Assembly: GCA_963813245.1 (NCBI GenBank)
Contig: CAWEYE010000010.1
Span: forward strand, 185,053-249,052
Length of the DNA stretch: 64,000 bases
Direction of reading: 5' to 3'
From: an uncultured Actinomycetes bacterium
Lineage (GTDB): Bacteria > Actinomycetota > Thermoleophilia > Gaiellales > JAICJC01
The first letter of the stretch is position 1; every line of letters starts with the position of its first letter. This document shows positions 20,971 to 31,833 of this stretch, piece by piece. The notes beneath the pieces are model-generated. The model was given only the letters and a program-made list of their open reading frames with translations, was not told the origin of the DNA and ran no database searches. The translations under genes were made by a program, and so were the position numbers.

Positions 20971-22897
20971 TCAGTCCTGCGGCGTCCAGGGCACCGGGAA
21001 GGCGACGCGCAGCCGCCGTCCGCCCAGGGTGCCCGTGGCGAGCGCCGGCCCGCCGCCCGGGGCGGTTGAGAACGTGAGCACGACCCGGCCCGAGGCGCCC
21101 CGCGGGCCGGCCAGGGTGAGGGTCGCCCGCATGCGGTGCGCGGCCCGGTTCCAGATCGCGGGGCCCGAGACCGCCAGGTCGGAGACGAAGCGGTCGGCGT
21201 GAAAGCGGATCTGCAGCGGCCGCTCCGAGTAGTACCCGCCGAGCACCCTGAACCGGCCGCCGCGCAGGCCGTGCCCGTCCACGCCGAACATGAGGTTGTA
21301 CCAGCGGGTGAACGCGTCGCCGACGACCGCGCCCGCCGCCCAGGCCGCCCGGCGCGCGGCCGGCGTCGAGCGGTCGCCCGTGAGCGCATGGGCGGGCGGC
21401 CCCGCCGCAAGCACGGCCGGGAACCGGGCCACCTCGACCGCCGGCACGTGCCCGGCGCACGAGGTGTCACCCGCGCCGAGATGGGCCAGGAACCTGCGCA
21501 CGAGCCCGCTCGCGCAGCCCTGGAAGTCGGCCAGCGCGCTCACGTGGTTCGTGTTCGCGCACCTGCACGTAGGTGGAGTCGGGCCAGGCCGCCGCAGCCC
21601 GGCGGGCATCCCCCACAGGCGTCGCCTGGTCGAACTCGCCGTCCAGCACCAGCACCGGGACGTGCGGCCGGGGGCCCGCCGGAAACGGCGGGTCGGGGAA
21701 GCGCGGCGCCGGCCAGCGGACGCATCCGAAGACGAGCTGGTTCTCGTCCAGCGAACCGAGCCAGACGCGCTTGGCAAACGGCGCGAACACGCCCGCCGGC
21801 AGCCGGTCGATGGCGCGGCGGAGCTGGGCCTGCCGCGCCGTCGGAGCGGCGCCGACGTCCCAGATCGTCGGGTAGTCGTGGCAGGAGACGGCCGCGAAGT
21901 CGCCGACCGAGTATCCCGCCGCGCCGCCGCCCGCGGCGTCGAACGAGACATCCTCGGCCGCGAGGCGCATGATCGGCGCCCGGTCGCCGCTGCCGTAGGC
22001 GTGCAGGGCGCCCGGCAGGTCGCGGAAGAACGTGTAGCTGAAGGTGGCGTCCTCGACGAGCTGGGCGAAGAGCGGGGGCGTCAGATGGACGGGCTCGACG
22101 AAGCCGTCGGCGTCGCGGCCGACGCCGACGAGCGGGTGCGCGGCGAGCGAGCGGCTGAACGACCCGATCGAGCGCAGGATGCCGTGGCACGCGCCGGCTC
22201 GCGCGCACAGCGCCCGCCACGCGTGGCGCAGCGAGACCGACTCCTCCGGCTCGAACGGGTGGAAGGAGTTGTCGTAGGTGCCGTCGAGCACCGCCGCGCG
22301 CACCATGCCCGGGTGGTGCAGCGTGAACACCTGGGCGGCGTAGCTGCCGTAGGAGTCGCCGTAGACATCGACCGTGCCGATGCCCAGGCCGCGCAGGATC
22401 GCCGCCAGGTCGTCGGCCACCGCCGCGCTGCCGAAGGCGCCGGCCCGCATCCCCAGCTGCCGCGCGCACGCGGCCGCCGCCCGCTCGTAGACGCCGACGC
22501 CGTTTTGGAGCGCCGGGCAGTCGATCACGCTCGACCCGCCGGTGCCGCGCTGGTCCATCACGATCAGGTCGTGGGTGCGGTGCAGCGGCCCGAGCATGAA
22601 GAGGTAGCTCTGGGCCGATCCGATCGACGGGTAGCCGGGGCCGCCCTCGAACGCCACCACCGGCTCGGCCGCCGCCGCGTTCTGGTCGGTGTGCCGGTAC
22701 ACGCGGAACTTCACGGTGAGCGGCCTGCCGATCCCGGGGTGCGACCAGTAGAGCGGCACCGGGATCGACCCGCACTCGATCAGCGGCTTGCCGCCGCAGG
22801 GGGCGAGCGCGATCGGGCTCGCCGCGACCGCGGGGCCGCCGACGGCGGCAGCCGCCACCAGGCCCGCCACCGAGGCGACGAGTGTCCGAACGTGCAT
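20971..22897 (-). CDS. Secreted alpha/beta hydrolase (tripeptidyl aminopeptidase-like; frameshift near 21560)
   Basis: Signal peptide, EGGPG, DQRGTG, GDSYG nucleophile, DQATP; His (NHV) just after the frameshift. Confidence 0.82.
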
Positions 22898-22931
22898 GCC
22901 GGGGAGTGTCCCACTCGGCCCGATTGCTGTC

Positions 22932-23199
22932 TAGATGAGTCACTCCGGATCCCTGTGATGCGCTGGGTGGCGAGAACCGAGCCTCGCAAGGACGCAGGGA
23001 GCGTGCATAGTGGTGGAAACTATGGGCGCGACCGAGAAGCGTTCAAGGGCCTTGCCCTTGAACGCGGTCTGAGGCGTCTGCGATTCACGCAGACGCCGAA
23101 GGGCGAGGCGACGGTTCGCAGCCGCAGCGCCACCAACGTCACGCCGACCACCAGGTGTCACCGCGGCCAGGCGCGCAGGGATTCGGGGTGCCTCATCTA
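22932..23199. mobile_element. TA-flanked MITE-like (ERIC-like) structured repeat, copy 2, with two extra internal hairpins
   Basis: Imperfect TIR tagatgagtcactccggatccctg / cagggattcggggtgcctcatcta; core cgcaaggacgcagggagcgt..cata..tatgggcgc..accgag..gcgacggttcgcagccgcagc shared with 499-704. Confidence 0.75.
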
Positions 23200-23210
23200 C
23201 ACTCGGCCGC

Positions 23211-24008
23211 ATGTGGCCCGACGGCATGCGTGCGGCGGCCGCCTTCACGTTCGACTTCGACGCGGAGGAGGTCTGGATCGGCGACGACCGGGAGAACGCC
23301 GACCGGCCCGGCGTGCTCTCGCAGGGCACCTACGGCGCGAAGGTGGCCGTGCCCGAGATCCTGGCGCTCCTACGCGGGCACGACCTGCGGGCCACCTTCT
23401 TCATCCCGGGACGCGTCGCGGAGCGCTACCCCGAGCGGGTGCGCGAGATCATGGCCGACGGGCACGAGATCGGCCACCACGGCTACACCCATACGTCGCC
23501 CGCGAACCTGGACGCCGCCGCCGAGCGGGACGAGCTCGTCCGGGCACTGGACGTGCTGCGGGGCTTCGGCGCCGACGTCGTGGGCTACCGGTCGCCATCG
23601 TGGGACTTCAGCCCGCGCACCCTCGACCTGCTGGAGGAGCACGGATTCACCTATTCGTCCAACCTGATGGACGACATCCGCCCCTACCGGCACCCGGACA
23701 AGCGCCTGGCCGAGCTGCCCATCCAGTGGATCCTCGACGACGCCGCCCACTTCTGGTTCGACGGCCGCGAGAGCTGGCTGCGCCGGATCTCGACTCCGAG
23801 CGAGGTGCGCGAGATCTGGGAGGCCGAGTTCGAGGGCATCCGCCGCCTCGGCGGCGCCTTCGTCCTGACCATGCATCCGCAGGTGATCGGCCGGCCGGGC
23901 CGGCTGCCGCTCCTCGACGGCATGATCACGCATGTGCTCAGCCAGAAGGACGTGTGGGTGGCGACGTGTCGGGAGCTGGCGGAGCGCGTGGGAGCCCCAA
24001 CCACCTAG
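23211..24008 (+). CDS. Polysaccharide deacetylase (CE4, PuuE/HpPgdA-like)
   Basis: [43 protein letters not shown]. Confidence 0.88.
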   Translation: MWPDGMRAAAAFTFDFDAEEVWIGDDRENADRPGVLSQGTYGAKVAVPEILALLRGHDLRATFFIPGRVAERYPERVREIMADGHEIGHHGYTHTSPANLDAAAERDELVRALDVLRGFGADVVGYRSPSWDFSPRTLDLLEEHGFTYSSNLMDDIRPYRHPDKRLAELPIQWILDDAAHFWFDGRESWLRRISTPSEVREIWEAEFEGIRRLGGAFVLTMHPQVIGRPGRLPLLDGMITHVLSQKDVWVATCRELAERVGAPTT

Positions 24009-25505
24009 ATGCTCGCGCTGCTCGACGCCGGGAGCGCACGTCCCGCGCTCGTATCGCCAGACGACGGCACGACGGTCACGCATGCGCAGCTCGCCGCAGC
24101 GGCCGCCGGCATGGCCGGGGCGCTGGCCGCGGCGGGCGTCGGCCGCGGCGACCGCGTCGCCGTGGTGCTCCCGAACGGGCCCGAGATCGTCGCGATGCTG
24201 TTCGCGCATGGCCGCGCTCGGCGCCGCGATCGCCCCGCTCAACCCGGCCTACACCGAGCCCGAGTTCCGCTTCTACCTCGACGACCTCGATCCCGCAGCT
24301 GCTGCTGTCGTCGCGAGCCGGCTCGGCGCCGAGCGGCGCGGGCCGCGGCGGCCCGATCCCGATCGCGAGGAGGTCGCCGCCGTGCGGCCTGCCGGCGACC
24401 TGCCGCGGCTGACCGCCGGCGGAGACCGCGGCCGACGGCGGACGTGGCCGCCGGCGAGCCCGAGCGACGTCGCGCTGCTCCTGCACACGAGCGGCACGAC
24501 CTCGCCGCCCCAAGCAGGTGCCGCTGCTGCAGCGCAACCTGACCGCCCAGGCGCGCGCGATCGCGCGCCACTACGAGCTCGCCGACGACGACGTCTCTAC
24601 TGCGCGATGCCGCTCTTCCACGTCCACGGCCTGGTCGCCTCGACCCTGGCCCAGCTCGCCGCGGGCGGCACGGTGATCGTCCCGCGCCGCTTCAGCCCGC
24701 GCCGGTTCTGGGCGCAGGCCGCGCGACTGCGGCGTCACCTGGCTCTCGGCCGGCCCGACGCTGCACCGCATGATCCTCGACCAGCGCCGGCGACGCCGGC
24801 GGCGCCGCTGCGGTTCGTGCGCTCGTGCAGCTCGGCGCTCTCGCCCGAGCTGATGCGCGAGGCCGAGGCCCGCTACGGCGCGCCGATGATCGAGGCCTAC
24901 GGCATGACCGAGGCCACCCACCAGATGCCGTCCAACCCGCTGCCGCCGGCGCGCGCGTGCACGGGCTCGGTCGGCATCGCCGGCCGGCGCCGAGATCCGC
25001 ATCGTCGACGCGGCGGGCAGCGACGTCCCGCCGGCGCGCCGGGCGAGGTCGCGATCCGCGGCCCCGGCGTCACCCCCGGCTACCTCGGCAACGCCGAGGC
25101 GAACGCCGAGGCGTTCTTCGACGGCTGGTTCCGCACCGGCGACCAGGGCCGTGCTCGAGGACGGCTACCTGCGGCTGCGGGGCCGGCTCAAGGAGATGAT
25201 CATCCGCGGCGGCGAGAACATCTCGCCGTACGAGATCGAGGAGGTGCTGCTCGCCCACCCGCAGGTGGCCGAGGCGGTGGGCTTCGGCGTCGACGACGAC
25301 AAGTACGGCGAGACGGTGGCCGCCGCGGTCGTCCTGCGCGGCGACGTCGGCGCCGAGGAGCTGCGGCGAGCACGCCGCGGCGCTCGCTCGCGGCGTTCAA
25401 GGTGCCGGACCGCATCCACATCCTCGACGAGATCCCGAAGACGCCGACCGGCAAGGTGCAGCGCCCGCGCATGGCCGCGCGACCTGCGAGGGGCAGGCGG
25501 AGTGA
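24009..25505 (+). CDS. Acyl-CoA synthetase (oxalate-CoA ligase-like), multiple frameshifts
   Basis: [73 protein letters not shown]. Confidence 0.82.
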
Positions 25506-26487
25506 GGTTCGCGGTGCTCGGCGCGGGCGCGATCGGCGCCTACGTCGGTGCCGCGCTCGCCCAGGGCGGCGCAGCGACGTGACGCTGATCGCCCGCGGCG
25601 CGCACCTGCAGGCGATGCGCGCGCGACGGCGTGCGGGTGCAGAGCCCGCGCGGCGACTTCGTCAGCCACCCGGCCGCCACCGACGACCTCGACGCGCGTC
25701 GCCGACGCGGACGTCGTCGTTCGTCGGCCTGAAGGCGTACAGCCTGCCGGAGATCGCGCCCGCGATCGGCGCCGCGCCTGCGGCCGGCGGCCGTGATCGT
25801 GCCCGCCCAGAACGGCGATCCCGTGGTGGTACTTCCAGGCGCACGACGGCCCGCTCGCCGGGCGCACGCTCGAGAGCGTCGATCCCGGCGGCGTCGATCA
25901 GCCGCGTCGATCGCGGCCGAGCGCGTCGTCGGCTGCGTCGTCTACTGCTCGACCGAGATCGTCGAGCCGGGCGTGATCCGCCACATCGAGGGCACGCGCT
26001 TCGCGATCGGCGAGCCCGACGGGCGAGCCGGAGCGAGCGCTGCGGCGCGATCTCCGCGGCGCTGTCGCGGCCGGGCTCAAGTGCCCGGTCGACGCGCGAT
26101 CTGCGCCACCAGATCTGGCTGAAGCTGATCGGCAACGTCGCGTTCAACCCGATCACGACGCTGACCCGCGCGACGCTCGGCGAGCTGCGCGGCTCCGGAG
26201 CGCGCGCTGGCGCTACTGCGCGCGATCGTGATGGAGGAGTGCGCGGCGGTCGCGGCCGCGCTCGGCGTCGAGCTGCCGGTCTCGATCGACCGCCGGCTGG
26301 AGGCGGCGCTCGCGGTCGGCGACCACAAGACGTCGATGCTGCAGGACTTCGAGGCCGGCAAGCCGCTCGAGCTCGACTGCATGACCGGCGCGGTGGTCGA
26401 GATCGCGGATGCTCTGGGGTGGAGGTGCCGAGCACGCGCGTCCTGCACGGCCTGATCAAGGCGGTCGAGGAGCTGCGCGATGCCTGA
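25502..26487 (+). CDS. Ketopantoate reductase-family protein (PanE2-like), multiple frameshifts
   Basis: [39 protein letters not shown]. Confidence 0.82.
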
Positions 26488-27994
26488 GCCGCGCTGGGCG
26501 ATCGCGACCCCGCACACCGCCGCGACCGCCGCCGGGCGGGCGGCGTTCGAGGCCGGCGGAAACGCGGTCGACGCCGCTCTTGCCGCCGCGTGCGCGATCG
26601 CCGTCGTCTACCCGCACATGAACGCGGCCGGCGGCGACGTGATGGCGCTCGTGCACGACGGCGCGGCGCACGCGGTGAACGGCAGCGGCCGGGCGCCGGC
26701 GGGGATCCGCCCGGGGCCGGTGCCGCTGCGCGGCGTCGGCGCGATCACCGTGCCCGGCGCCGTGCGCGCGTGGGAGACGCTGGCCGAGCGGTGGGGGTCG
26801 TGGCCGCTCGCGCGGGCGCTCCAGGGCGCGGCGGGGCTGGCGCACGGCGGCGTCGCGGTCGCGCCTTCGCTGGCGCGGACGATCGTGGATTGCCGGGAGC
26901 TGATCGCCGCCGACGCCGGCCTGGCTGCGGTGTTCGCTCCCGGGGGGCGGCTCCTGGCCGAGGGCGAGACGCTGGTGCAGGAGCGGCTTGGCGCGACGCT
27001 CGAGCGGTTGGCCGAGCGCGGCGCCGGTGATCTCTACGGCGGCGAGACGGGCGCGATGCTGGTCGCGGGCCTCGGCGCTCTCGGCGCGCCGATGGCGCTC
27101 GCGGATCTCGAAGCGCACCGGACGGACGTCGCGCCCGCGTTACGGCATCGGGTGCTCGACGAGGACTACCTGACGATGGGACCGAACTCCCAGGGCTACC
27201 TGCTGCCACTGATCATGGACGTCGTCGCACGAGCGGGCCTGCGCGAGCCGTTCGGGCGCGGCGCGCCGCTGCTCGCGTCGGTCTTTGCGAGCGCCGCATG
27301 GGATCGTGACCGCCACCTGGCCGACCCCGATGCGATGCGGGTCGGGGTCGAGGAGCTGCTCTCGGACGCGCACGTGCAGGCGATTGCCGACGAGGCGGTC
27401 GGCGGCCCTCGGGCGGCGTCGCCGCGGGCGACCGGCGACACCATCGCCCTGGTCGCCGCCGACGGCTCGGGCCTCGCCGTGTCGCTCATCCAGAGCATCT
27501 ACTACGGGTTCGGATCGGGCGTGCTCGAACCGAGCACCGGGATCCTGCTCCACAACCGCGGCGCCTGCTTCTCGGCCGACCCGGCCAGCCCCAACGCGCC
27601 CGCGCCCGGCAAGCGGCCGCTGCACACGTTGATGCCGCTGATGGTCGAGCGCGAGGGCCGCGTGCGCTGGGTGGCCGGGACGATGGGCGGCCACGCCCAG
27701 CCCCAGATCCACGCCCAGCTCCTGCTGCGGCGGCGGGCCGGTGCCGACGCGCAGGCGGCGGTGGCGGCGCCGCGCTTCATCGTCGGCGATGTCGAGCCGG
27801 GCGCGGCGGTCGCCGTCGAGGCCGGCCTCGACTCCGCCTGGCAGGTGTTCACCGACGTGGGCGCGCCGCCGGTCGCGATCCCGCCCGGCAGCGGCCTCGC
27901 CGGCCACTCGCACGCGATCGCGGTGGCCGACGACGGCGCGTTCGACGCGGGCTCCGACCCGCGCGCGGACGGGGCGGCGGCGACCGGCGGCTGA
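26480..27994 (+). CDS. Gamma-glutamyltransferase family (Ntn hydrolase)
   Basis: [16 protein letters not shown] autocleavage site, [34 protein letters not shown]. Confidence 0.92.
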   Translation: MPEPRWAIATPHTAATAAGRAAFEAGGNAVDAALAAACAIAVVYPHMNAAGGDVMALVHDGAAHAVNGSGRAPAGIRPGPVPLRGVGAITVPGAVRAWETLAERWGSWPLARALQGAAGLAHGGVAVAPSLARTIVDCRELIAADAGLAAVFAPGGRLLAEGETLVQERLGATLERLAERGAGDLYGGETGAMLVAGLGALGAPMALADLEAHRTDVAPALRHRVLDEDYLTMGPNSQGYLLPLIMDVVARAGLREPFGRGAPLLASVFASAAWDRDRHLADPDAMRVGVEELLSDAHVQAIADEAVGGPRAASPRATGDTIALVAADGSGLAVSLIQSIYYGFGSGVLEPSTGILLHNRGACFSADPASPNAPAPGKRPLHTLMPLMVEREGRVRWVAGTMGGHAQPQIHAQLLLRRRAGADAQAAVAAPRFIVGDVEPGAAVAVEAGLDSAWQVFTDVGAPPVAIPPGSGLAGHSHAIAVADDGAFDAGSDPRADGAAATGG

Positions 27995-28000
27995 GCCCGG

Positions 28001-28738
28001 TCAGTCGCCGACGGCGAGCATCGTGGCGCTCGGCCCCGCGGGTCGGGCGCGACCGGACTCCGGCGGCAGGATCGGCGAGGCGTTGAAGCCCTTGACGGTG
28101 AGCCAGATCCCGAGCGACAGCTCCCACAGGAACTCCGGCGCCGTCGCGATCGCCTGAGCGGGGCCGCCCTCTGCGAAGACTCCGACCAGCACGAGGATCC
28201 CTGAAAGGCAGATCAGCGGGCCGCCGACGAGTCCCAGCACGGCCATGCGCCGCGGCACCAGGGCCGATCGGTACATCAGGTAGCCGAGCAGCATCCCGTT
28301 GCCGATGCCGACGACGAAGCCGGGTCCGAGCAGAAACGTCCAGTCCTTGATCGCGGCGAGCGCCACGGCGAGCGTGCCTGCGTCCGCGCCGTTCGCGGCC
28401 TGCTGCTGCAGGCTCACCACGCCAAGCACGCTGACGAGGCCGATCGCGATGAAGGTGGACTCGACGAGACGGGCCGTGACGTACCCGAGCGCGAGCATGT
28501 GGTTCTGGCGCTTGAGGATCGGATACAGGACGACGGCCGTGGCGACATTCGCGACGATCAGGAGCAGCTCGAGCGATGCTCCGACGAGGATGCGGGTGTT
28601 GTCGGCACCGGAGCCGGCGATGTAGGCGGCGGGGTGGCGGAGAACGGGTTCGAACAGATACAGCGCGGGGATCGACGTGATGTAGGTGATGATGAACAAC
28701 ACCCCGGCCGCAAGCGAGATCCGTCGGTTTGAGGTCAC
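28001..28738 (-). CDS. DUF4386-like integral membrane protein
   Basis: Multiple TM helices, RLVES, YRSALVPR, PEFLWELSLGIWL; GAAGGAG RBS. Confidence 0.75.
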   Translation of the reverse strand: MTSNRRISLAAGVLFIITYITSIPALYLFEPVLRHPAAYIAGSGADNTRILVGASLELLLIVANVATAVVLYPILKRQNHMLALGYVTARLVESTFIAIGLVSVLGVVSLQQQAANGADAGTLAVALAAIKDWTFLLGPGFVVGIGNGMLLGYLMYRSALVPRRMAVLGLVGGPLICLSGILVLVGVFAEGGPAQAIATAPEFLWELSLGIWLTVKGFNASPILPPESGRARPAGPSATMLAVGD

Positions 28739-28911
28739 GTTGGCTCCTTCCCGTCGCGACGTGCGACGTGGTGTGCTGGGCCGCACCGACCTCTGCGAAA
28801 GCCGACACGCTGGGCCGGGCGGACTTCTGCCCGGAAGCGCAACCGCAACGTTGGGTCTCGTACCGAAGCGGACAATCAGGGTATCACGCGAGTCGCGGAT
28901 GGCGAATTCTG

Positions 28912-28942
28912 CCAATTGACATCCACCATGGATGTCAATTGG
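28912..28942. repeat. 31-bp CCAATTG palindromic repeat, copy B (perfect)
   Basis: ccaattgacatcc-accat-ggatgtcaattgg; contains the stop codon of the MarR gene. Confidence 0.8.
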
Positions 28943-29384
28943 GTGGTGTCCGCCCCGCCAGCGCCAGCGCCCGCAGCCGCGGCACGAGCGCTTCGTCCTG
29001 CACATCGGCGAAGAAGGCGACATCGGCCGCCTCCACGTCGGCCAGGGCGCCCTGCAGGCGCTCGCGCCCCGCCGGCGTGATCGTCACCCGGACGCTGCGG
29101 CCGTCGGCGGGGTCGCGCAGCCGCTGCACGAGACCCGCCCGCTCGAGCGCGCGCACGACCTGGCTCGTCATCATCGCGTCGGTGCCGGCGTGCTCGGCCA
29201 GCCGCCGCTGAGAGGGCTGCTCGCCCTGCTCGCCCAGCCACCAGGCCGAGGCGAGCAGGACGAACTGGACATGCGTCAGGTCGTGAGGCGCAAGCGCGGC
29301 GCGCATCGCCCGCTGCCAGCGCATGGTCGCGTGCCAGAGCAGGAACCCCGGACTCTCCCAGGCTGAGGAGTACTCCGACCTCAC
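28935..29384 (-). CDS. MarR-family regulator
   Basis: SPGFLLW, LTHVQF, MTSQVVRALE, DPADGR; GTGA overlap with the upstream gene. Confidence 0.9.
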   Translation of the reverse strand: MRSEYSSAWESPGFLLWHATMRWQRAMRAALAPHDLTHVQFVLLASAWWLGEQGEQPSQRRLAEHAGTDAMMTSQVVRALERAGLVQRLRDPADGRSVRVTITPAGRERLQGALADVEAADVAFFADVQDEALVPRLRALALAGRTPPN

Positions 29385-29800
29385 GCCGGGAGCGTACGCC
29401 CCTGGGCGGCCGCCGCCAGAGCCGCGACGCTCTCCGGCAGGTCGGCGGCGACCGCCGGTCCGACCTGGTCGGCGTCGGGCCCGTCGGCGTCGATCTCCAC
29501 GACGATCCGCGCGCCCTCGCCGCGCGGCTCGACGCGGTGGCGGAAGCGCAGCACGAGCGGGCCAAGGCGCGTCTCGTCGGCGAACCCCGTCCCCTCCTCG
29601 ACCGCGGTGATCGTGAAGGCGATCGGCTCGGGCATGCCCTGCGGATGCAGCGTGCCGGTGCTGCCGGCGGCGAACGGCCCATCGAGCGTGGTCGCGACGA
29701 GGCTTGCGTCCCAGGCCGGCCAGCCCTCGACGTCCGCCCAGAGGGCGAAGACGGCCTCGGGCGAGGCGGGCGTGTCGTGCGTGTGCTCGGTGTTCCACAT
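29381..29800 (-). CDS. SRPBCC/polyketide cyclase-like protein
   Basis: ASPEAVFALWADVEGWPAWD, GPFAAG; AAGGAG RBS. Confidence 0.85.
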   Translation of the reverse strand: MWNTEHTHDTPASPEAVFALWADVEGWPAWDASLVATTLDGPFAAGSTGTLHPQGMPEPIAFTITAVEEGTGFADETRLGPLVLRFRHRVEPRGEGARIVVEIDADGPDADQVGPAVAADLPESVAALAAAAQGRTLPA

Positions 29801-29816
29801 GGATGCTCTCCTTTCG

Positions 29817-29856
29817 TATGTGCGCATATCTTATGCGCGCATACTGTCTGTGTCAA
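29817..29856 (-). promoter_or_regulatory. Sigma-A promoter with two palindromic MarR-like operators
   Basis: TTGACA (29856-29851), 17-nt spacer, TAAGAT (29833-29828); TATGTGCGCATA at 29817-29828 and TATGCGCGCATA at 29832-29843. Confidence 0.75.
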
Positions 29857-29884
29857 GCGCTGCGGCGAGCACACGGAGAAGTCC

Positions 29885-29922
29885 CGCCGTGGGGGTGCGT
29901 GGCGAGACGCTCCCCCACGGCG
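29885..29922 (-). terminator. GC-rich hairpin downstream of the peroxiredoxin gene
   Basis: cgccgtggggg / cccccacggcg arms with an inner gcgt/acgc stem. Confidence 0.5.
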
Positions 29923-29938
29923 AGGCTTGGAACGCTAC

Positions 29939-30595
29939 CTAGCTCGGGTCGGGGACGATCCGGATGTACGGCTTCGGCTCGTCCCAGCTGCCGAAGAGCT
30001 CCTTCGCCTGCTCGTTGTTCACCGAGCCGGCGATGACCACGTCCTCGCCCTTCTTCCAGTTCACGGGCGTCGCGACCTTGTGCTTGGCGGTGAGCTGGAG
30101 CGAGTCGAGCACGCGCAGCACCTCGTCGAAGTTGCGACCCGTGGTCATCGGATAGACGAGGATCAGCTTGATCTTCTTGTCCGGCCCGATGATGAACACG
30201 TTGCGGACGGTCTGGTTGTCCGCCGGCGTGCGGTCGGCGGGGTCGCCGGACACATCCCCGGCCAGCATGCCGTAGGCCTTCGAGATCGAGAAGTCCCTGT
30301 CGCCGATCAGCGGGTAGTTCGGCGCAGTGCCCTGCGTCTCCTCGATGTCCTTGAACCAGTCGTCGTGCTTCTCGACCGGATCGACGGAAAGCCCGATGAT
30401 CTTCGTGTTGCGCTTGTCGAACTCGGGCTTGATCTTGGCCATGTAGCCGAGCTCGGTCGTGCAGATCGGCGTGAAGTCTTTCGGGTGTGAGAACAGCACC
30501 GCCCATGAGTCGCCGATCCAGTCGTGGAAGCTGATCTTCCCATCCGTCGTATCGGCAGTGAAGTCCGGGGCCGTGTCATTGAGCTGCAACGCCAT
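29939..30595 (-). CDS. 1-Cys peroxiredoxin (Prx6)
   Basis: FSHPKDFTPICTTE, YPMTTGRNFDE, ATPVNW. Confidence 0.95.
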   Translation of the reverse strand: MALQLNDTAPDFTADTTDGKISFHDWIGDSWAVLFSHPKDFTPICTTELGYMAKIKPEFDKRNTKIIGLSVDPVEKHDDWFKDIEETQGTAPNYPLIGDRDFSISKAYGMLAGDVSGDPADRTPADNQTVRNVFIIGPDKKIKLILVYPMTTGRNFDEVLRVLDSLQLTAKHKVATPVNWKKGEDVVIAGSVNNEQAKELFGSWDEPKPYIRIVPDPS

Positions 30596-30695
30596 CGTGC
30601 GGTTCCTCCCTCATGCATCCAGCAGTGTTTGGATCCAAAAGCATACCGTTTCCCGGTCTGCTTCGAACGCAGGCGGCAGCGGCGGCAGAGGGGTG

Positions 30696-30953
30696 TCACT
30701 CCCGCCGCCTCCAGTCACGGAAGGCAGCGACCAGGCGGTCGCGGAACACGGGATCGAGCGCCTCCGGTGCCAGCGTCCCGGCCAGGCGCACGGTCTGGCG
30801 CATCTGGTCGAGGTACGCCGAGCAGCCGTCGCAGCCCGTCAGATGCGCCTCGAAGCGGACGCGGTCGATCTCGGCCAGGGCACCGTCGAGGTAGTCCGAC
30901 ACGAGCTCCACCACCTCGCGGCAGACGAGATCGTGCGTCGGAGAGACGTTCAT
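30696..30953 (-). CDS. Zinc-binding anti-sigma factor (zf-HC2), soluble
   Basis: CREVVELVSDYLDG, HLTGCDGC (HxxxCxxC); ATGA overlap with the sigma factor. Confidence 0.9.
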   Translation of the reverse strand: MNVSPTHDLVCREVVELVSDYLDGALAEIDRVRFEAHLTGCDGCSAYLDQMRQTVRLAGTLAPEALDPVFRDRLVAAFRDWRRRE

Positions 30954-31600
30954 GCCGCCACCTCGGCGAAGTAGGCCTCGAGCCGCGCCCGCACCTTCGA
31001 GCGAGCCCGGTGCAGCAGCACGCGCTCGTTGCCCTCCGAGAGCCCGAGCGCATCGCGCACCTCGGCCGCCGACCAGCCCTCGACATCGCGCAGCGTGATG
31101 ACGTCGCGCTGCGCCGGCGGCAGCTCGCCGATCGCCGCGAGCACGAGCGTGCGTGCCTCGGCGCCCAGGAGCACCGACTCCGGCAGCTCGGCCAGCGGCC
31201 GGGGCGGGCTCCCCCAGCTGCCGTCCGGCAGGAAGCGGTCGGGATCGACCGCCGGCCCATCGTCGCCTGCAAGCGCCGAGAACGGCACCGAGCGGCTCTC
31301 GCGCACCCCCCGCGTCCTCGCCTGATTCACCAGGATGCGGTAGATCCACGTCTTGAGCGACGACCGGCCCTCGAACGCCGGCAGCCCGCGCAGCACACCC
31401 AGCCAGGTGTCCTGGACGGCCTCCTCGGCGGCACTGCGGGTGCGCACGTACATCAGCGCCAGCCGCAGCAGCGAGCCGTGGTATCGCTCGACCAGCTCGC
31501 GGAACGCGTCCTCGTCACCGCGCAGGAGCGCCGCCACGGTGCGCCGATCGTCCTCGCCGAGGGCGGGTTCGGGGGCGTCGGGGTCGGCATCTCGGGTCAT
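30950..31600 (-). CDS. ECF RNA polymerase sigma factor
   Basis: GDEDAF, AEEAVQDTW, FEGRSSLKTW, LPPAQR, VLLHRAR. Confidence 0.93.
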   Translation of the reverse strand: MTRDADPDAPEPALGEDDRRTVAALLRGDEDAFRELVERYHGSLLRLALMYVRTRSAAEEAVQDTWLGVLRGLPAFEGRSSLKTWIYRILVNQARTRGVRESRSVPFSALAGDDGPAVDPDRFLPDGSWGSPPRPLAELPESVLLGAEARTLVLAAIGELPPAQRDVITLRDVEGWSAAEVRDALGLSEGNERVLLHRARSKVRARLEAYFAEVAA

Positions 31601-31790
31601 CACGAGGAGGAACACGAGCCTACCGTCCGGCGAGTGCCCCGGGTGTTACGCCGCGCGCGCGCCCGTGATCGCCACCCGCATCGATCGCAAGCGACAGGGA
31701 GCAGCGCGATGCGCGGGCGCTCGTCCGAACGGGGCTCGCTCTCGGGAATCCTCGGCGCGATTCCGGATCCGGCGGCGGCCGCCTCGTGAC

Positions 31791-31821
31791 CCAATTGGCA
31801 TCCACTGCGGATGTCAATTGG
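31791..31821. repeat. 31-bp CCAATTG palindromic repeat, copy C
   Basis: ccaattggcatcc-actgc-ggatgtcaattgg. Confidence 0.8.
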
Positions 31822-31833
31822 GAGGCGGGCGCT

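Noticed and set aside
14430-24412. Very long Arg/Ala/Gly-rich ORFs (for example 14430-18656, 21290-24412)
   Set aside because: These are shadow frames of real genes in high-GC DNA; only the last 220 codons of 14430-18656 look like a real gene.
28745-28910. Riboswitch in the long leader of the DUF4386-like gene
   Set aside because: Only generic GC hairpins; no recognisable aptamer consensus.
19900-31650. Shared cGTAAC -35 upstream of the ECF sigma and ferritin-like genes as an ECF regulon
   Set aside because: The -10 parts and spacing do not agree well, and two sites are insufficient.
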